Shown here: piece after piece, positions 39,135 through 51,189 of the stretch
Layout of the letters: each line of letters opens with the position of its first letter
Position numbering within the stretch: position 1 is the first letter of the stretch
NCBI GenBank assembly: GCA_028534125.1
Contig: CM052816.1
Span: 66,714,001 to 66,778,000, forward strand
Direction of reading: 5' to 3'
Source: Lama glama
Lineage: Eukaryota
DNA: 64,000 bases
Made by a program: the position numbers and the translations under genes
Notes under the pieces: generated by a model
What the model was told of the DNA's origin: nothing
Seen by the model: only the letters and a program-made list of their open reading frames with translations
Database searches by the model: none

Positions 39135-40977
39135 AAGAATTTGCTGTTTTAAATCTCTGCCACATTAATTATAATAGGTCTAGGTAATATACAAGATGCC
39201 CTTGATTTGTTAAGGGGGAGATGATTAAAATTGTTTTTTGTTCCACCAAGATCCAAGGTGGTGAGTTGAGATTCATTCTAAGTCACTACTGACTAGAACT
39301 TGTTAGAAAACTGTTAAGAAAAAAACCCCACTGTCTAAGTATTTTCAGAGTTATGTTCAGCCAACAGACGTGAATAATGGTACTGGTTACCTGTATTTAT
39401 GGCTTTAGTGATCAAGTCACAGTATACATTCACTATATACTTCAGTCCTTGAGAAGTGGCTGCCAAGAAGAAATTTATATTGCATCAGAGAGATCCTATA
39501 CAAAGGACCCGGCACCAAGGTTTTTGCTGTTGCTGTATGTGAGCCATTTAGAGTTTCTAGCTGTATTTCTCGTAAGAACTAAATTCATTCTCTCATGGTT
39601 TTGTTGTTGCTATCGTTTGACTTTGTTATTGTTTTATATTGTGTATTTTATGTGCTTGTTATTTTAAGTAAGGTTGGGATGTCTTTGCCCCAAAAGGCAT
39701 ATATCTATCTGGATTTGAGGGGAGGGAGTTTTGCTTTGTTTTGTTTTCAGTAAAATAGTAGTCTTCTCCCAGTACCTAATGAATAATGATTAAGTCTCCT
39801 ATTTCTACCTACACATTAGGAAAATCACCAATTCACTGATCTTAAGACAGATACGGGCAGCACTTTTCATTACTTTTTTCAAATTGTATTAGGTTTGGTG
39901 AGTTTTGATTTTTTTTTTAAAAAAAAAGTTGATTTAATGTAATCAAGCTTTAGTCCTTGCATTTCTTTTTCTTTATTTTTCAGTGTCTTTCTTATCAGAA
40001 TTTGTGTATATATAAAGATATATCCTATATTTTGGTCAGTCCAATAATAGCAATATACTGTTAAATGTTATGAATTTCTCCATTGTAAAATCCTGATTTA
40101 CTGATTCCTTATATATATTTGGTGGTGAAAAAAGACAGTTTAGTATGGATGTGTGGTATTTGCTAAATCCAAATAAACTGGAATTTTTAAAGAGGGCAAA
40201 ACTACAGGTCAAGTTATTGAAAGTTGACACTGTTGGGGAACTTTCCTTTAAAACAAGAATTTATATTTTACAAACTAATCTTAATTATTAGTTTGAAGAA
40301 ATAATGGTATTAATATATTTTTTGAAATAAGGGGCCACGTGAAAATGAGTATCATTGACAATGCTGGCCTACTTGAGGGGCCAGTACTTTGAGTTCTTAC
40401 CTGACTCAAAATTTTTCTTAAACTTGAGCTTAAAATCTGTTCCCTTCCTCTCCTGTACAATTGTCTCTATTTTTCAGGTGTCTAATAAAGGCTTCTGCTA
40501 AGTCTCATGTTTTGAGTAAAAACTGAAATTATTTTACAAGTACAAATAATTAAATTGAAACTCAATTGAGAGAGGAAACTATATTTTGCACAGATATAAG
40601 TTGGTACTACTCTGGAAAACAAACACTACCCCTTCACTCAAGCCCTAGACAGACATGCATGCATGCACGTACACTCACTCACACCCATGTGTGCTTGCAT
40701 GCACAAACCACAGCATTGCAACTCTGAGACCAGGGAGCCGAGCACAAGGTTGCTTCTGGAATGCTGGCAATAGGGCATTTTGCAAGCATTTGCCTCTTGA
40801 ACTTGTGCACTGAAGGTGTGATTAGAAATTCATGATGCTAATGAAAGATACTGACGAACGTGAATCTAAGGAAAAAGCTGTCAAGGAGACCTCACGTTAC
40901 AATTTGGAATCTAGGAATAGTGGTCAAGAGGACCCCAATGGTTCACTCTACTCAAGCCAGGGAAATCACTGCTGTGA

Positions 40978-41815
40978 TGAGGTGAAAATTAAATTGCATT
41001 TAGAGTCATCTGCATTTCACATTTGACTTTCTATCTAAAAAGAGGAAAAGCAACAGAGGAGATATTATCTTTGAACTAGAAAACAGGGTTAAAGAAAGAA
41101 GCCTTGGTGTTTCCAATAAAAAATCCTTTCCCTTAAGATGCCTAATTAAAATCTATGTCATATGCTAATAAATATCCCTCAGACAGAGACCCTAAAACTT
41201 CCCTTCCTCAGGCAAATAATGGGTTTTGACAATGAATACCCCAGTGTACCGGACTCCCAAGATGGTAGCAGTGAACTCAGCAAGACAAAGAGCTCCTTAG
41301 GAAAGGAATGTAGGAGATAGCCAAGGGTGAAATTCAAGTACCACCTTTTGTCTTACAGATAAGGTAAAAGGCAAGGAGGAGTTTGAACTACTTCCCTGTA
41401 GAAACTTTGGGGGAACTCTAGGCTCACCTGGGGATTTCCAAAGGCCACCCAACAGAAAGTTTGTAATTCCATAGCTCCTTCCTTTTTAATGTCTATCTCT
41501 TTCTATCTTGAATTTGCTCCCCTTCCTTTTAAGGAACCATCGTTTATCTTCTATCTTGTGAACTTAATGCACAAAACAAGGGGACCCTAGCAAGAGGGAA
41601 ACATAGAAAGAATGGTTTGAGGGTCTTGAATTTTCTAGCCTGTTCAACACAGGCCTTACAGAGCTTTGGAGCAGTAAGAAGTCACCTTTTGATATAGCGT
41701 AGAAGTGCTTTTTGGCCCCAACACCATTTTATGAAAGCAAGTCTCGCTAGTCTAGCTAATAAATTCTTGGTGTGTAACTCAGTTTTCTGTGGTCATTATA
41801 GTAATTTTTACCTCA
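40978..41815 (+). mobile_element. Putative old solo LTR (family not assigned)
   Basis: TG...CA ends with 13/14 inverted termini (TGAGGTGAAAATTA / TAATTTTTACCTCA). AATAAA at 41758-41763. Confidence 0.5.
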
Positions 41816-42124
41816 CTCTTTAGGAGTTCAACTATTTACTCGAATACTTTCTTTCTGTCTAGGAAATGTTAGGGTAAAGAATAGTCTCCTAGGAAGATTC
41901 TGATTCCAGGAATCCCTCTGTTAACTTTTGATAAAGAGGCATGGGGTTTCTCCTCTACGATGTAATGTGTACTGGTGGCTCTTTTCCCTGCAGCTGGGGT
42001 GGAGTGGGGTGGGGAGGGTGGAGGGTCTATTAGTTCCAGAATGGAGACCCAGGGGAGAGGTGAGTTGTCTGTGAATTGTTTTCTTCTGTGGTACTGGCCA
42101 TCCAGCTACAGATTCCTTCAGTAA

Positions 42125-42310
42125 CCACTTTAGTTTACTAACTCTAGTTTCCTTTAGAATCACCTGAGGAGCTCTGAAGAGGTGATTCCTGGGCCATTCT
42201 TTCCTAGAGAATCTGATTCTGCAGTTCTGGTCTGGGACACAGAAATCTTGAGTTTTAACAAGCACAACCTGTGATTTCGGTGCAGGCAGTACACATTTTG
42301 AAGGTTACTA
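42125..42310. mobile_element. MER5-like hAT-Charlie non-autonomous DNA transposon
   Basis: 'ttagaatcacctgaggagct...gattcctgggcc...agagaatctgattctgcagttctgg...tttaacaagcac'. Confidence 0.75.
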
Positions 42311-42492
42311 CGTTGGATGACCAGCTGAAAGATACCTTCACATGATGACCCAAGGAAAACCCAGTAAGGATGTTGAGGAAGAATGGAGACTACATATGTA
42401 AGAAGAGGAAGTAATGGAGCTAACGAATGAAAACCCTATAATTTACCCTAGAGTTTGATTGTAATGCATTTCTGCCCTTCATTTTCAGTAGC

Positions 42493-42793
42493 TGTATTAG
42501 TGTTCTGCGGCTGCCATACAGAGTACCACAAATTGGGTGGCTTCAACAGTAGAAATTTATTGTCTCATGCAGTTCTGAAGGCTAGACATCTGAGATCAAG
42601 GTGTGGCAGGGCTGGTTCCTTCTGAGGGCTCATCTGTTCCATGCGTCTCTTGTCTTCTGAAAGCCTCAGGCATTCCTTGGTTTGAAGCTAGTGTTTTCCT
42701 TTGTCTCCACATTCTCTTATGCACATAAGGTCATGTTCACAAGTACTGGGGGTTAGAATTGCAACATCTTTGGTGGGGGATAGAAATCCCCCT
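42493..42793 (-). mobile_element. MaLR LTR (MLT1-like)
   Basis: 'tgtattagtgttctgcggctgccatacagagtaccacaaattgggtggcttcaacagtagaaatttattgtctca'. Confidence 0.88.
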
Positions 42794-42899
42794 GAATTTT
42801 TATTTTACTTTATGCTAATAAGTGTTAAAAGATATAAAGGAAATAAGATTCAAAAGGAAGAAAAAGGAACTGAGTCACCATTGAAATACCCTTTCTGTG

Positions 42900-43465
42900 T
42901 TTTAGTTTACTTTTGGTTTCACTCGATGTTCTATGGGTTCTGCCTTATTATACATTGGTCAAAACCCATAGAACAACATGTATCCACCATTAAAGTACCA
43001 TCCAGAATAGTTCCACTGCCCTAACAATCCCTAGTGCTCTGCCTATTCATCCCTTCCTCCCCCTAAACCCTCAGCAACCACGGATCATTTTAATGTCTCC
43101 ATAGTTTTGCCCTTTTCCAGAATGTCATATAGTTGGAATCAACTAGTAAGTAAGTAGTTGTTTCAGATTGACTTCATTCACTTAGTAACATGCATTTGTT
43201 TTCTCCACGTCTTTTTGATATGGCTTGACAGCCTATTTCCTCTTGGCACTGAATAATATTCCATTAGGTGGCTGTGCCACAGGTTGTTTATCCAAACTGT
43301 GCTACAGTTTGAAGAAAATCTTGAAGATGTTATATTGAAGAACATCTTGGTTGCTTCCATATTTTGGAAATTATGAATAAAGCTGCTATAAACATCCATG
43401 TGCAGGTTGTTGGGTTTTTTGTTTATTTTTTCATTCATCGCTTCCCAACCAGCAGTGTTATGCAT
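42900..43465 (-). mobile_element. L1MC-like 3' fragment
   Basis: 'ttttccagaatgtcatatagttggaatc...atgaataaagctgctataaacatccatgtgcagg'. Confidence 0.88.
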
Positions 43466-43590
43466 GTGGTAGTGGCTAAGCAGTCATTGTCAGACTGGTC
43501 ATAACCACAGTAGTGTCCAAGGGAGAAACCTGGCCCACCTGCACAGTCAAACACCACTTTTCAGTTCAGTTTCTCTTAGCTGCTCCTTGA

Positions 43591-43605
43591 TTGGAAATCA
43601 GCCAA
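43591..43605. promoter_or_regulatory. NF-I consensus palindrome overlapping two opposed CCAAT boxes
   Basis: TTGGA-AATCA-GCCAA matches TTGG(A/C)N5GCCAA exactly. Confidence 0.4.
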
Positions 43606-44379
43606 TGAAGATAGTCACCTGGGACAAGGGGCTAAGGGCCAAAGGGTGGTTTTGTATTTTGAATGACATTCAACAGACAAACCAAAGAAGATCATTAGCC
43701 TAGGACCAGAGAAGCAGGATCTAAAATGTTAAATAGTTCAAAAGGAATCCAGCTGCGGGCAACACACATACACACAGGTACTTGCTCACATATATACAGA
43801 AGCAACGGAAAACATGAAAATGTGACCCACGAAGTGGGTGTTTCATGAGGGGCTCACTGGTCAGTGATATTTCCTGTGGCAAGTACAGAAAGAGGAGTGA
43901 AAATATCTCAGAGCCACTACAGTGTTTGGCCTCTTCAAAGGCTGAAATTTGAGCCATGGTTGTAAGACTGTCTTTCTCAGATCCACAGCCCTTGGGCAGT
44001 GAGGCTCATGGGAGGGGGGAACACTTGGGGCCACCCGCACTGCCCCGCTCTCATGGTGACCTCACTCCCTGAGATGTGGCTGAGGAGAGGCAAACCCATA
44101 GCCCTGTGTTTGAGTCTGAGTTCTCCCTACGTCAAAGATTCAAAGTGCAATTTCTAGTCTCAGTATTTCTCCCAGATGAAAACAGCAACTGCGACATCTC
44201 ACTACCACTAAAAACTCTGAAATTATTTTCTTCCATTAGTCACTAGTACAAGATTTTACAATTAGGACTTTACAATTATCACAAAGGAACTTGGAGTAGG
44301 GGGGATGGATACTGCTTATTACATTTACCGGAATTCTAGTGAAGATTAATTCACTTCTTATAACTGGGATGGAAGCAGT

Positions 44380-44600
44380 CTTACTGAGTGCCTATAATTG
44401 CACAGGATTATGCTCATATCTTTGCATGCATTATCTTGTTTAATCTATTTACTAGAGTCTAAGGAAATTAGTACTATTGCCCCAATTTTTGAATAAGAGG
44501 AAACAAAGTTCAGGTTAAGTGATTTATTTTGATTGGATAGCTAGTAAGTAGCAGGCTAAAGATATCCCCCAGGTCTGCTTGTTTCTACATCCACTCACTC
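44380..44600 (-). mobile_element. MIR SINE
   Basis: 'cttactgagtgcctataattgcacagg...gaggaaacaaagttcaggttaagtgattt'. Confidence 0.75.
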
Positions 44601-44724
44601 TCCACTACCTTCTCTGTTTACTGCAGGACAGTCCAAGGGTAGGGATAGGTGACTCTGAATTAATTCTACTGCACACTTATCTCTTTTATATTTTCCATCT
44701 CCAAAAGCTAGTTTCAAAAGATCA

Positions 44725-45546
44725 TTTGAGTAATCAGAATTTTCTTCATAGCTGGTGGGAATGCAAATAGTATGACCACTTTGAAGACAATTTGGCAATT
44801 TCTTACAAAACAGAACATATTCGTACCACATGATCCAACAATTGCACTTTTTGGTATTGACCCAAATAAGCTTAAAACTTAGGTCCACACAAAAACCTGT
44901 GCATGGATGCTTATAGCAACTTTATTCACAGTTGCCAAACTGTGGAAACAATGAAGATGCCCTTCAACAGGTGAACAGATAAACTGTGGTACATTCAGGC
45001 AATGGAATGTTATTCAACAACAAAAAGAAATGAGCTCAAGCAATGAAAAGACATGAAAGAACCTTAAATGCATATTGCTAAGTGAAAGAAGATAGTCTGA
45101 AAAGGTGACATGTTGTATGATTCCAACTATATGACATTCTGAGTAAAGTACAACTATAGATACAGGAAAATGATCAGTGACTGGCTTTGGCATGTGGGAG
45201 TGGGGGTAGGGGGAAGAAGCAGGCAAAGCACTGGAGATTTTTAGGGCAGTGAAATGATCCTGTATGAGTCTGTAATGGTACATACATGACTTTACACATT
45301 TTCACGACATAGGAAGTGTACAACCAGAAGAGTGAACCCTAATGTAAACTATAGACTTAAGTATCAACATTGGCTCAAAAATTTTAACAAATGTACCAGA
45401 CTGACATAAGATGTCAATAATAGGGGACGCTGGGAGGTAAGGGGTTGTGGCTGGGGGGATAGTATATGGGAACTCTGTACATATGACTCATTTTTATAAA
45501 CCTAAAACTGCTCAAAAGTGAATTTTATTAATTCTAAAAAAAAAAA
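44725..45546 (+). mobile_element. L1MC-like 3' end with poly(A)
   Basis: 'gctggtgggaatgcaaatagtatgaccactttgaagac...gagtgaaccctaatgtaaactatagac...aacctaaaactgctc' followed by an A tail. Confidence 0.92.
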
Positions 45547-48500
45547 GCATCTTTAGACTACAGGTGTTTCTTAAAGGTCTCTTATATGTTAGAAGCTGCT
45601 GTTAATGCCAGAGACTCTGGATTATGTTCTCAGGTACTTAAAATATAATTGGGAAGATAATGTACACCCACCAGACTGTTAAGTAACAACCCAAGGATTC
45701 ACATAGTTAAGTGCACAGATGGATGGAATAGATGTGAAGTGCTGTGACCTTTCAGAGAGGAAAACAATTAGCATGGGGTTAAAAAGGTGAATTTAACTCT
45801 GCTTAAAACTGACTCTAGAAGGCAAGGGAGATGGTGAATGTGCCTGCTTGTGGGTAAAAGTAGAGGAGGAGATGGAGAAGGACCACCGTAAGTTGGAGGA
45901 GAGACCCCAGCAGTGGAGGGTCATAGAATCTGAGGCAGAGGAATGAAGGTCTACTTGTGGCGTTTCCAGCAGGAAGTGGTATTTTCGGACATCTCCCCAG
46001 TCACCGTGTTTCTGAACCCCTCATGGCTCTTTCTGAAGCTGCTTCTCTTCATTCTGGTTTGTTTCTGGACAGAGTCACCAGCTGAAGAAAATAAAAACCA
46101 AACTTCTGGGAACACTAACCTTATTCACTAACACAGGTGTTGCACGTTGCAGCTGAGGGCAGGTGGTATGGAGGGACCACTGCATACACTTGCATCTCTG
46201 TGTGCCCCTTTGCTCCGCAAAACCCACTTCACCCTCGTGAAAAGCCAGAAAGAGACTGACTGGGTAAATACTTGTGTGAAACTCTGGGTTGAACTGTTTA
46301 TCTACTCTCTCCAATCACAAACAGGTTCTTTTTAATACTAGTCTAGACAATGTTTTGCAATGTTGCAGGCTCCTAATTACAGTAATAACTGCTTGAGAAC
46401 AATTAAGCAGACACCGCCACGCATTTCCATCAGGTGAATCCATTGTCCTATTAATAAACAGCCGTGAGGTTACCTCTTTCTGAAAAAACCTCTTTGGCTA
46501 GCTCCATCCCACCTAGGGCTCGAGCCCAGTTTGTTCCCACACATTCTGGGTATGTGAAGCAGCCTAAGTCAGCAATGGTCACTCTTGTCCCCCAACGTCC
46601 ACTGAGGCAGGTTTTGCAGCTGGCTGCTGCAATGACTGTCTTGTCACCAAATGAAGGCAGCAGCTGTGAATTCAGCGTGTGAGGCACAGCACAGCACCCA
46701 TCGCTTGTGAACAGATGACCTGGATTTGCCTTCTGGAAATTCTCTTTTCCCCCAGCTTTGCTACTTGCAAACTGGCTCTCTACATAGCCTTTCTTGGGGG
46801 GAAGCAATGTCTTTTTAGTCTTTAAATCAAAGCCCAAACGTGAAAGAGGTCTTATTTTTACAATCACTCATTTCATATCCTGAACGAGCACTTTATCCAC
46901 AACCACCCCCAGGAGCTGCCCAGCTGCTCAACATCTTTCTTCTCAGCTCTCCTGGGGTGGATGTATTTCAGGAAGGCTTCCTTCAAGCCGGGTCTTCTTG
47001 CCCCTCTCATATGTCCCCATCATCACTCTTTAGAATGGTAAGGCTGGCTGTCAGTCCAAGCACTCCCTGTTCCCAGCCTAGCTGAGTCAATGCAGCCTTC
47101 AGAGGAAGCTGGAAGGAGGCTGTTAAAATCTATTCATAGATGAAAGCACGGTTCCTGCCACAGTGCGAGGCTGCTAATGACGTGTGTATATACCAGGAGT
47201 GACAGAGGAGGAGGAAGAAGCTTGTGGAGGAGGGAGAGCAGAAAGGGGGTAGACACAGGATCCAAGAACCGCAGCGAAGCTTGTGGGCTCTGTCACCTTT
47301 TGGTAAGGACAGAGTCCCAAGGATCCTGGTGTGGAATGCATTGCCAACACTAGCTATCCTGATACAGATTCCTTGTCCTGTGTCCGATTCACATGTGGAA
47401 TAGCAGCGCCTGTATATGTGTACAAACACCGCTGGACTACTCAGCTCCATGACACCTGCCAGATTTCTGACAAGCTACTGAGGACTCCTGAAAGTGTAGG
47501 GATCAAGAAAAGAATAAAGTCTGGACAATGGAGAGAAGATAGTCCTCCATCTGTTCAGTTGGGATATATTATGTATCAGACTCTGTTCTAGGTCTGAAGA
47601 GGTAAGTAGCAGTCTGCGTCCTAAGAGACTGGAGCTTATTAGACTTGAGAGTTGTCCAAGATAAATTAAAAATCCCTCAGTATGTTACTGCTGATACATG
47701 GAAAAAAAGATAAAAGATTTTAGGGCTGTCTGCCACATAAGGCTAACTTATTCTGATTAATGCAAAGGCAGCAAAGCAGTCCATGGAGTTCACAGCGGGG
47801 TGGAATCTCGATTATGCCATCCATCATCAACCATTTATCCAGAACCTACTACTACCAGGAATTATGGTAGCTACAGGTATGTAACAGATGCCAAGAGTCT
47901 CCCACCCTCTTTTTACAACCTCAGAGAGCACAGGAAGAAGCACCTGTCAGGACATGGGAACCATACGGGCTGAGTAGATGGTTTTGCTATACAGAAAAGT
48001 ACTGTTTTCCTAAACGTGAAAGAGGATGAGTTTCCTTTACTGGGATCCTAGAAGCCATGCCAGGAAAGCATATCAAGGACTCAGGAAGGCAAAGTAGCAG
48101 AAAGACCCTGACCTTAGCCGAGCCGGGTTGTCATGTAGCTCCATTATGATTAGGATCCATTCAGAGGACTTATCCTCCTCATCTGGAAGTTAGATTTGCC
48201 AACCTCTGATCTCTCTCCCAAATTCAAACGTTAGTATAATATCATAAGATTCCTAATTCCCCAATTTAATAACTCTAACACACTAGTGAAAGGAAATATG
48301 ATCCCCACCTAGCGTTTCTCAGTGATGCTGGCAGCCTCTTTTTCAACTCCCATCCCAGCCCCAACTCCCCTGACTCCCCTCCACTACACCCACCTGTGTT
48401 CCTAATACGTCAGGATTCTGTCCAGGGAACAGTTCTCGCGTAACTCGTGTTAAAGCTTGAGGAAGGAACATAGTATGGAACAAGTGGGAAAAGTGGCAGG

Positions 48501-48699
48501 TCTAGAACAAGGACTCTGTCCTTTTCTGTGATTCTGAGGAAGCCAGTTCACCTCTGTGGACCCCAGTTGTCCTGTCTGTGATCCCCCCATCCCCAGCCAA
48601 TACACAGATGTCAGTCTGTGTGGGAAACTCATGCATCAGGAGCAAGAAAAACCTGCAAGGTTTGGAAATTCTTTGCTAAAAATGCCTCATCTACCTTAA

Positions 48700-48860
48700 T
48701 ACAATGTTCAGAAAGATACCACAGAGGGTTTATTAAAATGCAGATTCTAATCCACAGGCTGACTGAATTAGAATTTTGAGTGGTAGGGGATGGGCAGTAT
48801 ATTTTTAGAAAAGCTCAGCAGGAAAGGGGATGCACACCAAAAATTAAAACCTGTTACAGA
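48700..48860. mobile_element. MER5-like DNA transposon remnant
   Basis: 'gggtttattaaaatgcagattct...actgaattagaattttgagtggtagggg'. Confidence 0.5.
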
Positions 48861-50329
48861 TAGGCATTTGCATCCATTGATTATACTGGCCTCAATTAAC
48901 GGTGGCTTCTGAATCTTCTCACTCATGACACTCACCGAAAATGACGCTAGTTACATGACTTGCTGATGCCAGCAGAGGAAGCTACTCATTTCTAGAAGCT
49001 GGATGGGGTGAGGGTGTAGGAGGAGGTGGCTCCCATGCCCCAGGCCCTGCCTGTCCGCAAAACTGAGGCCATGACCATTTCAGCCCACCCTTTGAGTCTT
49101 TGCAGGATGTCAGAAACACGTGTGTTGGGAAGCTCTGGTGTCAGACTGGCCGTCTAGCCCGAGCATGGTGCAGAGAGGCTGGACCACGGGAAAGTGTGCT
49201 AAGCCTCACCCAGGCAGGACTTTGATAAAGAGCGGTCTGGAGGCCTAAGTGGTGGATTCTGCCACCTGAGAAAACCGCTTCCAGACCCAGAAAGCTGGAT
49301 GGACAGAGTAAGAGAACAAAGTGGGTCAGACAGAGTAGGGTTTCATAAGAACACCTCCAAAACTTTTGCCAACTTTATAATTCTGCTTATTTCTAGCCTG
49401 TTATCTACCTGTTTTATGGGAGGACCATGTGCCAGTGACCTGAAACACGGCTTCATCCAACCCACAGACACCTACCCTGTGCCAAACACCATCTTCAGAA
49501 ACAAAGCAGGATGTGCACATAGGGTCAGGAAATATTCCCACACACCTCCTGCATTGCCTGGGGTTTCCTTATCTTGGCCCAAGGGCCTGCTTTTAAGCAA
49601 TAACACCTTCCCTCTTTCGCAGTGTCTGCTTGTCCAAGTATGAGCAGTAGTATCTGAGGGACAGCCCCAAGAATGAGCTCATTCCTGCAGTTTCTACTGA
49701 CTGCAGGAAGGCTTTTTTTGTCTGTCACTCTGCAACCACATGAGCTGGACGAGGCACAGATTTGGGCTACTTTATACTAGAAGATGCTCTGATCTAAGGA
49801 ATGATCTGTTGCTGCATGGCTAATAAAATGCATCACCTCTGTGCTTTGAAAAGCCCTTTTGAATCATTAATTATTATCATTAAACACAAGTGTAAATGCT
49901 CTAGAATTTCATATGGGGCAAGCTCTGTGAACTAGTGCTTCAGTTTCCCCAAAGGGCTAGCTGAGGACAGCAGGGAGCAGGCCCATGTGGATGTGGACAT
50001 AACCACAGACCACTCCTTTGAGTGGAATTACTGGAATTATCTTAGTGACAACTGGTTGGATGTCAAAACTATGTAAATCCTGTGGTTACAGGCATTGATA
50101 TTCATCTGGTTACACTGTTTCAGCTAGGTGACATGTTGACCCGGGTTACCACAGCCATCTTCCCAAAGCCACTGAAGGGAATTCCAACTTTTCCTAACCT
50201 ACTGAATGTCCCTTAAGAGGCACAAAATAAATGCTTTTGAAATAGGTTCTTCAACTTGTTGTATCATTACTGCACTCATGCAATGAACCAAGGCTGGGGA
50301 TGTTTGCATTGTTTATGGTACTATTCTGC

Positions 50330-51020
50330 TTCATGTTTTTTGCCAAATCCTCCATTCCATGCTTATATACAACTCCTGCTATATGGTTCTCTGTGCTAGG
50401 TGCTGTGGTGTTCAGAGAAATTATGAGAGTCCCTACCCTGGAGGAGCTCATTATAGTCTAAGAACAAGACAAACATTGTCTGGAGCAGTATGGAAAAGGG
50501 GTCAGAAGCACCAGATTCATGTCAGGCAGATTTGGATTCAAATTCCTGTTCCCTCACTTTCGGGTTTTCTGACCCTGGGTACCAAATTGATCTCCTGAAT
50601 CTCCATTTTCTCCACTACAAACTGAGGATAACAATAACTACGCTGAGGGGTCATTGAGGAGAATTTAAGTAATGCCCAAAAGGCATTTGGCACAGAGCCT
50701 GATTCCACAGTGAGAGCTCACTAAATGGGAGCAAAGGTGATAACAATGGTGAGGAAACAACAGGAAACAAAACAGTATTCACTTAGAAGCAAAATGATAA
50801 ACTATGGACTATAGTCTGACAGAAGTTCGGAAAATGGAGAACCCCTGGGGGTTGAAATAATCAAAGATGTTTTATGGTAAAGATGAACCAAAAATGAGCC
50901 TGGATATGTAGAATTCAGATGGGGGAGGTTAAAAGAGTGACATTCCAATTGAGCAAAACAACTACAGCTAGTAAAGACATTTGAAGTGGCCAGCATGACA
51001 TGCTGTGGTAATCCATTCAA
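50330..51020. mobile_element. L2 fragment (minus) interrupted by a MIR (plus, about 50485-50750)
   Basis: L2 text 'ctctgtgctaggtgctgtgg...ccctaccctggaggagctcattatagtc'. MIR text 'gatttggattcaaattcctgttccctcactt...tggcacagagcctg'. Confidence 0.65.
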
Positions 51021-51189
51021 GGCTCATAATTTCAGTATATGACTCTGTGTGATTAATGCAATCTAAGTGCTCCTAAGAATTTGTGCCATTGAAGAGGCAT
51101 CCATGCTTAATTTCCTAGTGACCTCTCCTGATTGTTTGATTCTATTAGATTTCCAGAAGTAACACCCTCTGATATTGCAAGAAGTACAC

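Noticed and set aside
40655..40705. Hairpin or miRNA candidate
   Set aside because: The stem of about 14 bp comes from degenerate alternating purine-pyrimidine sequence and is too short for a pre-miRNA.
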